From NCBI GenBank assembly GCA_965219955.1, contig OZ244799.1, forward strand, positions 448,001-512,000: DNA of 64,000 bases. The letters run 5' to 3'. The stretch comes from a bacterium (GTDB lineage Bacteria; UBA8248). How positions within the stretch are numbered: position 1 is the stretch's first letter; the number at the start of each line of letters is the position of its first letter. Positions 39,569-49,965 of this stretch are shown here, piece after piece. The notes beneath the pieces are model-generated. The model ran no database searches. It was not told the DNA's origin and saw only the letters and a program-made list of their open reading frames with translations. Both the position numbers and the translations under genes were made by a program.

Positions 39569-41095
39569 ATGTCCAAGTGGTTCGTGAAGGGTGATGTCGA
39601 CGGCTTCTTCGGCCTGTGGATGGATAACCTCATCAACCTTCTCCTCATCGTGAGCTTCTTGAAAGGGTTGTTGGGTTTTTCCGATTCGCTTATCTTCGGG
39701 CGCGTTTTGCCCGCCGCGGCGCTTAGCCTTCTGGGCGGCAACCTTTTCTACACCTGGCAGGCACGGCGTCTGGCCGAACGCGAGGGCCGCGACGACGTGA
39801 CCGCCATGCCGTACGGTCTCAACACGGTGACGCTTTTCGCGTTCATCTTTTTTGTCATGCTTCCCGTGAAGCTCAAGACCGGAAGCGCCGATGCGGCATG
39901 GAAGGCCGGGCTGGCGGCCTGTTTCGTGAGCGGGGTGATCGAGACCGTCGGCTCGCTGGTGGGCGGGTGGATCAGGCGGGTCGCGCCGAGGGCCGCGTTG
40001 CTATCGGCTCTGGGGGGCATCGCGCTCACGTTCATCTCCATGGATTTCGCGTTCAGAATCTGGGAGAACCCGCTCCTCTCCATGGTGCCTCTGGGAATCA
40101 TCCTCGTTCATTATTTCGGCGGATTCAGATTTCCCTTCGGTGTGCCGGGAGGCCTCGTTGCAGTGGCTGTGGGAGTGGTGCTGTCCGCCGTCATCAGAGG
40201 ATTTCCGGGCGGAATCCCCGCGCCTGTAGGGCTGGCGCTCCCATCTTCCGCCCTCGGCCCTTTGTCCGATGCTCTTTTTGGTCCGCTGGCGTGGGATTAT
40301 CTCGCGGTCTCCATCCCCATGGGCCTGATGACCCTGGTGGGCAGCCTGATGTGCCTGGAGAGCGCGGCCGCCGCCGGTGACAGTTACGACACGGGTAGTT
40401 CACTGGCGGTGAACGGCGCGGGCTCACTTCTCGCGGCGTGTCTGGGGAGTTGTTTTCCCACAACGATATATATCGGGCATCCGGCCTGGAAGAAAGTCGG
40501 GGCGCGCTCAGGCTACAGCGCCTTGAACGGAACCGTGATGACGATTCTTTGCTTCACCGGCTCGATTGCCGCCCTCTCGAAGATCATTCCGAGTGAGGCG
40601 CTTTTCGCCCTCATGCTGTGGATCGGGGTGACGATGCTCACCCAGGCGTTCCAGGCCGTGCCGAAGAATCACGGGCCGGCCGTGGCCATCGGCTTGATAC
40701 CCGCCATCTCCGCATGGGGACTGTTGATGGTGGAATCTTCTCTCAGAGGGGCGGGCGCGACTTTATGGAAAGTGGGGCAGGATGCGTTCACGAAAGCGGG
40801 ATTCCACCTGGTGGGGATGATTACCCTGGAGCGGGGATTTCTTTTCACATCCATCATCATGACGGCCATGGTTGCAAAGCTGGTGGACAGGGAACCCAGG
40901 CAGGCCGCAGGCTGGGCTTTTGCCGGTGCGGTATTGAGCTGGTTCGGGATCATTCATGCCTGGCGAATCACGCCCGGGGGCGTCGTCAGCTTCTTTGGTT
41001 GGGGGGCGGCGCCCGGCATAGCTGTCGGCTATTTGCTGATGGCGGTTTTGTTTTTCTTGTTCGGGCTGAAACCCCTGGATAAGGTAACATCTTGA
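39569..41095 (+). CDS. NCS2/AzgA-like nucleobase permease
   Basis: WFVKGDVDGFFGL, TAMPYGLNT, ESAAAAGD and FPTTIYIGHPAWK motifs. Confidence 0.88.
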   Translation: MSKWFVKGDVDGFFGLWMDNLINLLLIVSFLKGLLGFSDSLIFGRVLPAAALSLLGGNLFYTWQARRLAEREGRDDVTAMPYGLNTVTLFAFIFFVMLPVKLKTGSADAAWKAGLAACFVSGVIETVGSLVGGWIRRVAPRAALLSALGGIALTFISMDFAFRIWENPLLSMVPLGIILVHYFGGFRFPFGVPGGLVAVAVGVVLSAVIRGFPGGIPAPVGLALPSSALGPLSDALFGPLAWDYLAVSIPMGLMTLVGSLMCLESAAAAGDSYDTGSSLAVNGAGSLLAACLGSCFPTTIYIGHPAWKKVGARSGYSALNGTVMTILCFTGSIAALSKIIPSEALFALMLWIGVTMLTQAFQAVPKNHGPAVAIGLIPAISAWGLLMVESSLRGAGATLWKVGQDAFTKAGFHLVGMITLERGFLFTSIIMTAMVAKLVDREPRQAAGWAFAGAVLSWFGIIHAWRITPGGVVSFFGWGAAPGIAVGYLLMAVLFFLFGLKPLDKVTS

Positions 41096-41150
41096 GTGGA
41101 CTGGTCTGCGTTCGTTGCGGAAGAGACGCATTTCGTCGTCTGGAGAGGAT

Positions 41151-42671
41151 ATGAAGATGCAAAATGAATCGGTGTTTGATTTGGTATCCATCGGGGGAGG
41201 GGTCGGTGGTCTGGTGGCATCAGTAGGTGCCGCGCAACTGGGAGCCAAAGCCGCGCTCGTGGAGAAAGCGAAGCTCGGCGGCGATTGCCTGAATTATGGA
41301 TGCGTACCCTCAAAGGGTCTGATCCGCTCGGCCAGGCTGGCGGCGCAGGCGCGCTCGATGCCCGAGTTCGGGATTGATGTTAGCGATGTGCGGGTCGATT
41401 TCCCCCGCGTCATGAAGCGCATGAAGGCTGCCCAGGCCCACATCGGAGAGCACGACGCGCCCGAGCGCTTCGAGGGCATGGGCATCGAGGTGATATTCGG
41501 CGATGGCGCCTTTACAGGTCCCGATACGTTTCAAATAGGGGACAGGACGCTGCGGGCCAAGCGGTTTTTGCTGTCCATGGGAAGCTCTCCCTTCGTGCCG
41601 CCCATCGCCGGTCTCGATAGCGTGCCCTATCTCACGAACGAAACCGTTTTCGATTTGGAGGAGTTGCCGAGACGCCTGGTGGTTCTGGGAGCGGGACCCA
41701 TCGGTCTGGAATTGTCACAGGCATTTCAACAACTCGGCGCCGATGTGGAAGTGCTGCAAAGCGCGCCGAAGCTTTTGCCGAGGCTCGATAAGGAAATGGC
41801 CGAAATACTTGCCGATTCCTTGACGAAATCCGGCCTCAAACTTCACTTCGACGTGAACACGCAAAGAGTCGAGAAACGAGGTGATGAGATTTTTCTCGAG
41901 GCCGATACGCCATCGGGAAAAAGGGAGTGGAGCTGCGATCAACTCCTCATCGCGACCGGCCGCTCGCCCAACGTGGGCGGGATGGACCTGGAGAAGGCGG
42001 GCGTGAAGTACTCTCCGCGCGGCGTGGAGACGGATGAATATCTCCAAACCGCGAATCCGCGCATCTTCGCCGCCGGCGACATCCGGGGGCAGTACCTCTT
42101 CACTCACATGGCGGAGTATGAGGCGGGTGTAGCGCTCAGGAACATGCTATTCAGCGCGCCTTTCGGCATCTTGCTCCCGTTTCTCAAGAAAAAGACGAAC
42201 TATGACGCCGTTCCCTGGACGATCTACACGACGCCCGAGGCGGCGCACGTCGGCTTGAGCGAAGCCGATGCCGAAGCGGCTTTGGGGGCGAATCGCATGC
42301 AGGTGTTGCGTTTTCCGATGAGCCGGGTGGATCGCGCCGTACTGGACGGGGAAACGGAGGGAATTTGCAAGGTGGTGTGCGACGAGAAGGGCAGGCTTTT
42401 GGGGGCCGATTTGGTGGGGCCGGCGGCGGGAGAGATATTGCACGAATTCGCGTTGGCCGTTCGAAAAAAGATGCACGTCAAGGAGGTAGTGGATACGGTT
42501 CACGTGTATCCCACCCTGGCGCAGGTGAACAAAAGGGTGGCTGGCCGCTATTATGCCGAAAAGCTTTTCACACCAGCCTTCAGGAAGAAGATGCAGCGCC
42601 TGTTCGGGCTTAAAGGCAGCATCGAGGTGACCGACCCCGCCGAACTCAACGGGCACGGCGCGGAGGAATAG
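41151..42671 (+). CDS. Pyridine nucleotide-disulfide oxidoreductase (Lpd/MerA-like family)
   Basis: GGGVGG, GGDCLNYGCVPSK, GAGPIG and HVYPT motifs; no MerA C-terminal CC. Confidence 0.88.
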   Translation: MKMQNESVFDLVSIGGGVGGLVASVGAAQLGAKAALVEKAKLGGDCLNYGCVPSKGLIRSARLAAQARSMPEFGIDVSDVRVDFPRVMKRMKAAQAHIGEHDAPERFEGMGIEVIFGDGAFTGPDTFQIGDRTLRAKRFLLSMGSSPFVPPIAGLDSVPYLTNETVFDLEELPRRLVVLGAGPIGLELSQAFQQLGADVEVLQSAPKLLPRLDKEMAEILADSLTKSGLKLHFDVNTQRVEKRGDEIFLEADTPSGKREWSCDQLLIATGRSPNVGGMDLEKAGVKYSPRGVETDEYLQTANPRIFAAGDIRGQYLFTHMAEYEAGVALRNMLFSAPFGILLPFLKKKTNYDAVPWTIYTTPEAAHVGLSEADAEAALGANRMQVLRFPMSRVDRAVLDGETEGICKVVCDEKGRLLGADLVGPAAGEILHEFALAVRKKMHVKEVVDTVHVYPTLAQVNKRVAGRYYAEKLFTPAFRKKMQRLFGLKGSIEVTDPAELNGHGAEE

Positions 42672-42676
42672 GGCGG

Positions 42677-43255
42677 CTATACGCCGAAATCCTTGATTTT
42701 CGGTTCATCCAGGCCCAGGGCGTGGCCGATTTCATGCAGCAGCAGATCGCCTATCTTCGCTCTGTAACGCTTCGGGTCTCGCCGACATTCGCTCTTGACG
42801 ACCGAAGCGTATATCTCTATCGCGTTCAAACGGGGAATCCACACGGCCACAGGGTAGCTACCCACTGCGCGTACGATTTCCGGCGGCGGGAGCGCCAGCA
42901 GCCGGACGGGTATGCCCCGGGCTTCGATTTCCCGCGCCATTTGCGGATGAATATCTTCCTTGATGACGTCGTCAAGAATATGTTCCATCAGGAGAACCTC
43001 TTCTTCCGATACTTCCGGAAAGAAAGACTCCATGAATTCGACGAGCGCTGCTTCATCCTCGGGGATCTCGGGTTCTTTGGGAGGGAAGAGGGCTTCTCTG
43101 TATTCGGAGAGCCTGGCGCTCCCCATGATGGCGAAGAAGATGATCGCTCCGAGCGCGATGACGCCCGCAAACCAGGCCAGACCTACGAGGGGTTTGATGT
43201 AGGGTTTCCACCACCAGGATTGCAGAAAATTCCAATCGCCCAAAAGGTTCGTCAT
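42677..43255 (-). CDS. Membrane-anchored zincin-like metallopeptidase
   Basis: N-terminal TM helix; C-terminal LLHEIGHALGLDE. Confidence 0.75.
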   Translation of the reverse strand: MTNLLGDWNFLQSWWWKPYIKPLVGLAWFAGVIALGAIIFFAIMGSARLSEYREALFPPKEPEIPEDEAALVEFMESFFPEVSEEEVLLMEHILDDVIKEDIHPQMAREIEARGIPVRLLALPPPEIVRAVGSYPVAVWIPRLNAIEIYASVVKSECRRDPKRYRAKIGDLLLHEIGHALGLDEPKIKDFGV

Positions 43256-43399
43256 CTATGAGACATCCAAAAGATAGACTGGAATGCTCCAGGAGGTTCC
43301 ATTGGATGGCGGAGAAGCTGAACAATCCGGAAAGTCCGCCGGGGCTGATTTCGCCGTCGCGATTACCAAATCAGCCGAATCATGTCTCCGGCGGGCCGT

Positions 43400-44806
43400 T
43401 CAACCCTCGAGACTCATGAGCATGGGCTCTTCCAGTGCGTCGGCCACCCACCGCAGGAATTTGACGCCATCCGCACCGTCGATGACGCGGTGATCGTAGG
43501 AAACCATGAGCGGGAGCATCAGGCGCGGTACAAATCTCTCCTCGTCTTTCATCCATACCGGTTCCATACGTGCCCGGGAGACGCCGAGAATCGCGACTTC
43601 GGGCCAGTTCACTATCGGGGTGAAATACGTGCCGCCGAATCCGCCGAGGTTCGTGATGGTGATGGAGCCGCCCTGCATGTCGTCGGGGGCGAGTCTTCGG
43701 GAGCGGGCGCGTTCCGCGACTTCGCCCAGTTCCACCGACAGCTCGATGATGTTCTTCTTGTCGGCATCACGAATCACCGGAACGAGCAGACCATTTTCGG
43801 TGTCCACGGCAACGCCGACGTGAACATAGTTTTTGTAGATGATCTCTTCTGTCGCCGCATCCACGCTCACGTTGAATTGCGGGAAGACCTTGAGGGCCGA
43901 GGCGATGACTTTGATGAGAATGGCGGTGACGGTGAGTTTGCCGCCTGCGGCCTCCGCTTTTGGAGAGAATTTTCTTCTCAAGTCATCGACTTCGGAAATA
44001 TCGGCTTTTTCGCATTGTGTTACGTGGGGGATGTTCGTCCACGCGCGCGTGAGATTCACGGATGTCGCGCGCCGGATTCCCGACATCGGTTCGCGCTTAA
44101 CCTCTCCCCAACGGGCGAGGTCGGGCAGTTGAACGGGCACGCTCATCAGCGCGGGAGCAGGCGCATCCGGTACGGCGGCGCCTCCTTGCGCCGCGACGAA
44201 TTGCCTGACGTCTTGCGCGGAAATCCTGCCTCCGATTCCGCTGCCCGGCACTTCGCTTATTTCGATGCCCGCCTCCCGAGCGATTCTGCGTACCGAGGGC
44301 GCCGCGGGCGCGGGCGTTTTTTTGCTCTTTGGCGCAGGTGTTTCGGCAGCCTCCGGTGCAGGTGTCTCAGGCGGCGCCTCTGCGGGTTCCAGCGTGTACC
44401 CTGCAGGTGCGGGCTCTGGCGTGGCAGTGTCTTCGTCTTTTGCTGCCGGAGAGGGGGGCGATTCATCTATCAGCATGGGCTGGGGTTTTTCCGTGTCCGC
44501 CGGATCGTCGGTGTCTGAAGAGATGTCCTCAAAATTCTCTTCGCCCAGAGTAGATCCCGTAGCAGCGGCGCTTTCCTCGATGACGAGAATGGTTCCTCCC
44601 ACTTCGGCGTCGTCACCGGGTTTGAGATGAATTTCCGTTATCGTGCCTTCGACGGAGGAGGGGACTTCGATAAGCGCCTTGTCGGTTTCGACTTCGATGA
44701 CCGACTGATCCACCGCTATGGTCTCTCCCACGTTCACCAAAACGGCGATCACTTTTCCTGACGTGATATTTTCCCCGAGCTCGGGGAGTTTGAGTTCGAT
44801 GGTCAT
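43400..44806 (-). CDS. aceF: Pyruvate dehydrogenase E2, dihydrolipoamide acetyltransferase
   Basis: One lipoyl domain (ETDKA), E3-binding AAPSVRRIARE, catalytic YDHRVIDGA; follows aceE. Confidence 0.92.
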   Translation of the reverse strand: MTIELKLPELGENITSGKVIAVLVNVGETIAVDQSVIEVETDKALIEVPSSVEGTITEIHLKPGDDAEVGGTILVIEESAAATGSTLGEENFEDISSDTDDPADTEKPQPMLIDESPPSPAAKDEDTATPEPAPAGYTLEPAEAPPETPAPEAAETPAPKSKKTPAPAAPSVRRIAREAGIEISEVPGSGIGGRISAQDVRQFVAAQGGAAVPDAPAPALMSVPVQLPDLARWGEVKREPMSGIRRATSVNLTRAWTNIPHVTQCEKADISEVDDLRRKFSPKAEAAGGKLTVTAILIKVIASALKVFPQFNVSVDAATEEIIYKNYVHVGVAVDTENGLLVPVIRDADKKNIIELSVELGEVAERARSRRLAPDDMQGGSITITNLGGFGGTYFTPIVNWPEVAILGVSRARMEPVWMKDEERFVPRLMLPLMVSYDHRVIDGADGVKFLRWVADALEEPMLMSLEG

Positions 44807-44827
44807 GGAACTCCCTCGGGATTTGAA

Positions 44828-47629
44828 TTAGGACATCATCGGGTTGGTTTTTTCGGGGTCGATATCCAGGTCTTTCATGGCTTTGTTCACGAGTTCAGGG
44901 TATATCTTTTTGTCGCGCGCCAGGCTGTACATGGTGGCGAGGACGATATAGCGCGCGTCGATTTCAAAGAAATCTCTCAGCGAAGCTCTCGACTCGCTTC
45001 TTCCGAATCCCTCGGTTCCCAGCGAAATCATGGGCCTGGGCACCCACTTCGAAATCGAATCGGGCGTGGCCTTCACATAGTCCGAGGCCGCCACGCAAAC
45101 GCCGGACGCGCGAGCGAGGCATTGCGTCACGTACGGAGTTTTCGGTGCGGAATCCGGGTGCAGCATGTTCCATCGCTCGACTTCGAGAGCGTCTCGCCTG
45201 AGTTCCTTGTAACTCGTGACGCTCCATACATCCGCTGAAATCGAATAGCGCGTCTCCAATATTTCCTGCGCCTTGAGCACCTCGTTCATGATGGTGCCGC
45301 TGCCCAATAACTGCGCTTTGAGGCCCGAGTCCGTCTCGGAGCGCTTGAAGAGATACATGCCTTTCAGTATCCCTTCCTGCGCACCCTCCGGCATGGGCGG
45401 CATGGCGTAGTTCTCGTTGTAGGCGGTGAGGTAATAAAAGATTTTCTCCTGTTCCTGGTACATTCTGCGAATCCCGTCCTGAATGATCACCGCCATCTCG
45501 AAGGCGAAAGCCGGGTCGTATGTGAGCAGATTCGGCACGGGATATGCCAGATGGTGGCTGTTGCCGTCCTGGTGCTGGAGCCCTTCCCCGTTCAGGGTGG
45601 TTCTGCCGGCCGTCCCACCGATCAGGAAGCCGCGCGCGCACATGTCCGCCGCAGCCCATATCAGATCGCCGATGCGCTGAAAGCCGAACATGGAGTAATA
45701 GATGTAGAACGGGATGGTGTTCACGCTGTGGGTGGCGTAGGCGGTTCCGGCGGCGATGAAAGAAGCCATCGAGCCCGCCTCGGTGATTCCTTCTTCGAGA
45801 ATCTGTCCGTCTTGCGCTTCTTTGTAGTACAGGAGGCTGTCGCGATCGACGGGCTCATACAGCTGTCCGGCGTGGGAGTAGATCCCGATTTGCCGGAACA
45901 AGGCTTCCATGCCGAACGTTCTGGCCTCATCGGGCACGATGGGAACGATGAGTTTGCCCAGTCCCTCGTCGCGGAGCAGCTTGCTCAGGACTCTGACGAA
46001 CACCATGGTCGTGGAGACTTCGCGCCCATCCGTACCTTCCAGGAACTCCTCGAATAACTCATCAGGCGGCGGTTTGAGCGGCGTGGAAATGCTCCGCCTT
46101 GTGGGAACGTACCCGCCGAGTTTTTCCCGTTTTTCTTTCAGGTACCGGATTTCGGGACTATTGTCCGGTGGTCGGTAAAACGGCGCCTCGGCCACTTCTT
46201 CATCGGATATCGGAATCTCGAAGCGCGTGCGGAATTCCTTGAGTTCATCCTCGTTGAGCTTTTTTTGCTGGTGGGTGACGTTCCGGCCCTCGCCGCCCTC
46301 GCCCAGGCCGTAGCCTTTCACTGTTTTCGCGAGGATGACCGTGGGGCGGTCCCTGCATTCCATGGCGGCCTGGTAGGCGGCGAACACCTTTTCGGGGTCG
46401 TGCCCCCCGCGGCGCATCCGGTTGAGTTGCCCATCGGACAAGGTGTCGGCCATCGCCTTCAACCGCTCGTCGCCGCCGAAGAAATGCTCGCGCAGGTAGC
46501 CGCCCTCCTTGACCTTCTCGACGCTGTATTTCTGGTATTGGCCGTCGACCGTCTCGTTCATCCGCTGGAGGAGCGCGCCCTCATCGTCCATCGCCACGAG
46601 GGGGTCCCAGTCGTCTCCCCAGATGACCTTGATGACGTTCCATCTCGCGCCCCGGAAGGCGGCCTCGAGTTCCTGGATAATTTTGCCGTTGCCCCGAACC
46701 GGGCCGTCCAGGCGCTGCAGGTTGCAGTTGATGACGAAAACCAGATTGTCGAGTTTTTCCCGCGCGGCCAGGGTGATGGCGCCAAGCGATTCGGGTTCGT
46801 CCATTTCGCCGTCGCCCAGGAACGCCCATACCTTCTGGCCCGTCGCGGGCTTGAGGCCGCGGTCTTCCAGATAGTGGAGATACCGCGCCTGGTATATCGC
46901 CATGAGGGGGGAGAGTCCCATCGATACCGTGGGATATTCCCAGAAATCAGGCATCAGCCAGGGATGCGGGTAGGAGGAGAGGCCGCCGCCCTCTTTGAGT
47001 TCTCGCCTGAAGTTCTCGAGATTTCTCTCCGTCAGGCGTCCTTCGAGGAATGCTCTTGCGTAGATGCCGGGCGCGCTGTGGCCCTGAAAGTAGACGATGT
47101 CGCCGCCCGAGGGGTGCCTCTTGCCCCGGAAGAAGTGGTTGAACCCGATTTCGAGCAGCGTGGCGGCTGAAGCGTAGGTGGAGATGTGCCCGCCGATAGA
47201 GGCGTCCTCGGTGTTGGCGCGCACCACCATGGCCATCGCGTTCCAGCGGACGAGGCTCTTGATCCGCCGCTCGATCGCCCGGTCTCCGGGGAAGGGGGGC
47301 TGTTTTTCCAAGGGGATGGTGTTGATATACGGGGTGTTCGCCGAAAAGGGGCGGACGACGCCCGCGCGCACGGCGTGAACCTGTAAATGGCGAAGGAGCG
47401 TCTTGGTGCGATCGGGGCCTCTGGTCTGGAGCACATAGTCGAGCGATTCGAGCCACTCGTCGGTTTCTATCTTGTCGAGTTCCGTTTCATGCGCCGGAGC
47501 AGATGCGCCCGCCGAGTCGGGCAGATACCTCGAATCGCCGGAGCCATCCTTTTGAGCCCCGTTCGTCGATAGGGATGAGCCGTTCTCACCTACCGGGACT
47601 TCCCCGATTTCCTGAGGATTCCTCTCCAT
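44828..47629 (-). CDS. aceE: Pyruvate dehydrogenase E1, homodimeric type
   Basis: GGHISTYAS, YFQGHSAPG, GDGEMDEPE, NCNLQRLDGPV and GEGLQH motifs. Confidence 0.97.
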   Translation of the reverse strand: MERNPQEIGEVPVGENGSSLSTNGAQKDGSGDSRYLPDSAGASAPAHETELDKIETDEWLESLDYVLQTRGPDRTKTLLRHLQVHAVRAGVVRPFSANTPYINTIPLEKQPPFPGDRAIERRIKSLVRWNAMAMVVRANTEDASIGGHISTYASAATLLEIGFNHFFRGKRHPSGGDIVYFQGHSAPGIYARAFLEGRLTERNLENFRRELKEGGGLSSYPHPWLMPDFWEYPTVSMGLSPLMAIYQARYLHYLEDRGLKPATGQKVWAFLGDGEMDEPESLGAITLAAREKLDNLVFVINCNLQRLDGPVRGNGKIIQELEAAFRGARWNVIKVIWGDDWDPLVAMDDEGALLQRMNETVDGQYQKYSVEKVKEGGYLREHFFGGDERLKAMADTLSDGQLNRMRRGGHDPEKVFAAYQAAMECRDRPTVILAKTVKGYGLGEGGEGRNVTHQQKKLNEDELKEFRTRFEIPISDEEVAEAPFYRPPDNSPEIRYLKEKREKLGGYVPTRRSISTPLKPPPDELFEEFLEGTDGREVSTTMVFVRVLSKLLRDEGLGKLIVPIVPDEARTFGMEALFRQIGIYSHAGQLYEPVDRDSLLYYKEAQDGQILEEGITEAGSMASFIAAGTAYATHSVNTIPFYIYYSMFGFQRIGDLIWAAADMCARGFLIGGTAGRTTLNGEGLQHQDGNSHHLAYPVPNLLTYDPAFAFEMAVIIQDGIRRMYQEQEKIFYYLTAYNENYAMPPMPEGAQEGILKGMYLFKRSETDSGLKAQLLGSGTIMNEVLKAQEILETRYSISADVWSVTSYKELRRDALEVERWNMLHPDSAPKTPYVTQCLARASGVCVAASDYVKATPDSISKWVPRPMISLGTEGFGRSESRASLRDFFEIDARYIVLATMYSLARDKKIYPELVNKAMKDLDIDPEKTNPMMS

Positions 47630-47784
47630 ATCCGGCGCGTCTCCAGTGGCAGCGTGGTATGCCTCGAATATATCATGTTCAGCCCATGAACGAAAACGCC
47701 TTGCGGCGACGCGCGGTCGGCTTGCGGTCCGTTCCTCCCGATCCGGGCCGGAGGGCGGGCTTCTCGCGGGAGCTTGCGGCGCCG

Positions 47785-48272
47785 GTGGGCAAATGCGGGG
47801 AATTGCGGGCTGCTGCAGGGTGCGAAAAAACTTTTTTTATTCGATACAATTCGAAAAAATATTCATTTTCTTCTTTAATCTACTTTCATAACTGATTGAA
47901 ATATCGCTTGTTTCTTCTTTGGTTTCTGCATCGTCCATTTTCAGGAATTTATCGAAAAACCTCGTGAATTTATCCAATTTTACGGGAAATTGGATTATTT
48001 TCATTTCCATCGTCATTTCCGGGTTCATGGGCGCTGCTCCCTGTGAGAGCCGAACCCGGGCGGGAGTCCGCCTCTTCGGATCATGCGGGGGGACGGGCTG
48101 CAGGGGCCGCCCTCGAACGGCCGCTGCGGAATACGCGGTCCTGGTCATCACGCCCTCCCTTGCGGGCTGGTTCCGAACGACGCGGGCGGGATTGCTCTCC
48201 CGCGCGCGGCGCGCACGATACCGCAATGCGGATTTTCGGGGCGTACGGCAATTGCGGGGAAATGCGTGGTCA
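47785..48272 (-). repeat. Phased-motif dispersed element, uninterrupted copy
   Basis: Reverse complement is colinear with 8547-9245; 48101-48272 is directly repeated at 54141-54311. Confidence 0.7.
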
Positions 48273-48724
48273 GGCCCGGCCGGGGCGGGAGGGTTCGACC
48301 CGCGCGGGGAGGGGCTGTTGAAAAAGTCTCTGCACGACTTTCGAGATCGTTTTCTGTAGGGACAGGCCTCCGTGCCTGTCCTGTATCGGGGTGAATATGA
48401 CGGGCGGGCACGGTCGAACTTCCCTCTTCGGGAAGTTCGACGCCCCTACAGTCGTCATTCGAGGGATCGCATGTATGGTTGTTGAAAATGCCTCCGAAAG
48501 CAGGGAATGGGTTTCCCGTAGGGGTCAGACATATATGTCTGACTGCGTGTCCGCCCGGTTGTTGATGCGGACCTTGTCGATGCTTTCTCCCCCTGTTGGC
48601 GTTCCAGCCCCCGATATCCGTTCGATATGCGAACTTCGCGTTTGGGTCGATGGGGTGGACGCCTCCTTCCGGCGGATTAGAATGTGGCGAGACGACGTCA
48701 CACACCGCCCGGAAGGAGACGACC

Positions 48725-49750
48725 ATGGGAGGAGTCTACATCATCGGGGTCGACTTGGCGAAACACAGTTTTCAACTCCACGGCGCGTGGGCGGACGGGC
48801 GGGTCGCGTTCCGCAAGAAGCTGACGCGGGCGAAGGTGCTGGAGTTTCTGTCGTCGCAGCCTCGATGCGTGGTGGCGATGGAGGCGTGCGCGAGCGCGCA
48901 CTACTGGGGGCGCGAGGTCGGCAAGCTCGGCCATGAGGTTCGGCTCATGCCGCCGGTCTACGTGAAGCCCTACGTGAAGCGCCACAAGAACGACGCGGCG
49001 GATGCGGAGGCCATTTGCGAGGCGGCCACCCGGGCGACGATGCGCTTCGTGGCGGTGAAGAGCGAAGCGCAGCAGGGGTGTGGGATGGAGTACCGCACGC
49101 GGGATTTGCTGGTGGGTCAGCGCACGCAGGCGCGCAACGCGCTGCGCAGCCACCTGGCGGAGTTCGGGGTCGTCGAGCGGCAAGGGCCCGTGGGCCTCAC
49201 ACGGCTGGCGGCGGCGGTTCGGGGAGCGGAATCGGGCCTGCCCGAGGAGGTCCGCGAGTTGGGCGGGATTCTGCTCGCCCAGATTGGCGGCCTCGATGCG
49301 AAGGTCCGGGAGTTGACCGGACGGCTCCGGGCGAGCGCATACGCGGACGAGGAGGCGCGGCGTCTGATGAGCATCCCGGGTGTTGGTCCGATTACGGCGT
49401 CGGCGATCCGGGCGTTCGCGCCGCCGGTGGAGAACTTCCGTCGGGGCCGTGACTTCTCGGCCTGGCTGGGTCTGGTTCCCCGGCAGCACTCCACGGGGGG
49501 CAAGCCCCGTCTGGGGGGCATGTCGAAGATGGGCCAGCGCGACGTGAGGCGTCTGTTGATATCGGGCGCGATGTCGGAGATACGCTGGGCGGGGCGTCGC
49601 CGGAAGCCGCCGTGTCCGTGGCTGGCGCGGATGCTGGCGCGCAAGCCGAGGAAGGTGGTGGCGGTGGCGCTGGCGAACCGGATGGCGCGCATCGCGTGGG
49701 CGCTGATGCGGAACAAGGATGTCTACAGGGAGCCGGCGCCCCTCGCCTGA
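48725..49750 (+). CDS. IS110 family recombinase/transposase
   Basis: DEDD motifs GVDLAK, AMEAC, KNDAADA; SIPGVG; GLVPRQHSTGGK catalytic Ser; AAGGAG RBS. Confidence 0.95.
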   Translation: MGGVYIIGVDLAKHSFQLHGAWADGRVAFRKKLTRAKVLEFLSSQPRCVVAMEACASAHYWGREVGKLGHEVRLMPPVYVKPYVKRHKNDAADAEAICEAATRATMRFVAVKSEAQQGCGMEYRTRDLLVGQRTQARNALRSHLAEFGVVERQGPVGLTRLAAAVRGAESGLPEEVRELGGILLAQIGGLDAKVRELTGRLRASAYADEEARRLMSIPGVGPITASAIRAFAPPVENFRRGRDFSAWLGLVPRQHSTGGKPRLGGMSKMGQRDVRRLLISGAMSEIRWAGRRRKPPCPWLARMLARKPRKVVAVALANRMARIAWALMRNKDVYREPAPLA

Positions 49751-49779
49751 GCGGCGGGCGCACGGATAGAGCCGGGAGG

Positions 49780-49965
49780 AATGTGAGCAGGCCGGAGGAA
49801 GGGTAAGGGCAAACGGTCATCGAGACGGGACCGGGAAAACCAGATGCGTGTCCAGAGCCACCGAGCTCACCAGGTCGATTTGGACCCGGTCCACCTATCT
49901 CCATACGGGCCCGCGGCCAGAGTAAAGCGCCGCAACGAAGAGGCCGGATATACGACTGAGCCGAA
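49780..49965 (+). ncRNA. Putative bridge/seek RNA of the IS110; boundaries approximate
   Basis: Stem 49828-35/49885-92 encloses guides 49845-53 and 49873-77 that match the target flanks; ATATACG at 49948-54 matches the donor end. Confidence 0.75.

Noticed and set aside
41151-42671. Calling the flavoprotein lpdA or merA
   Set aside because: Convergent to rather than within aceEF; HVYPT instead of HAHPT; no C-terminal Cys pair or mer genes
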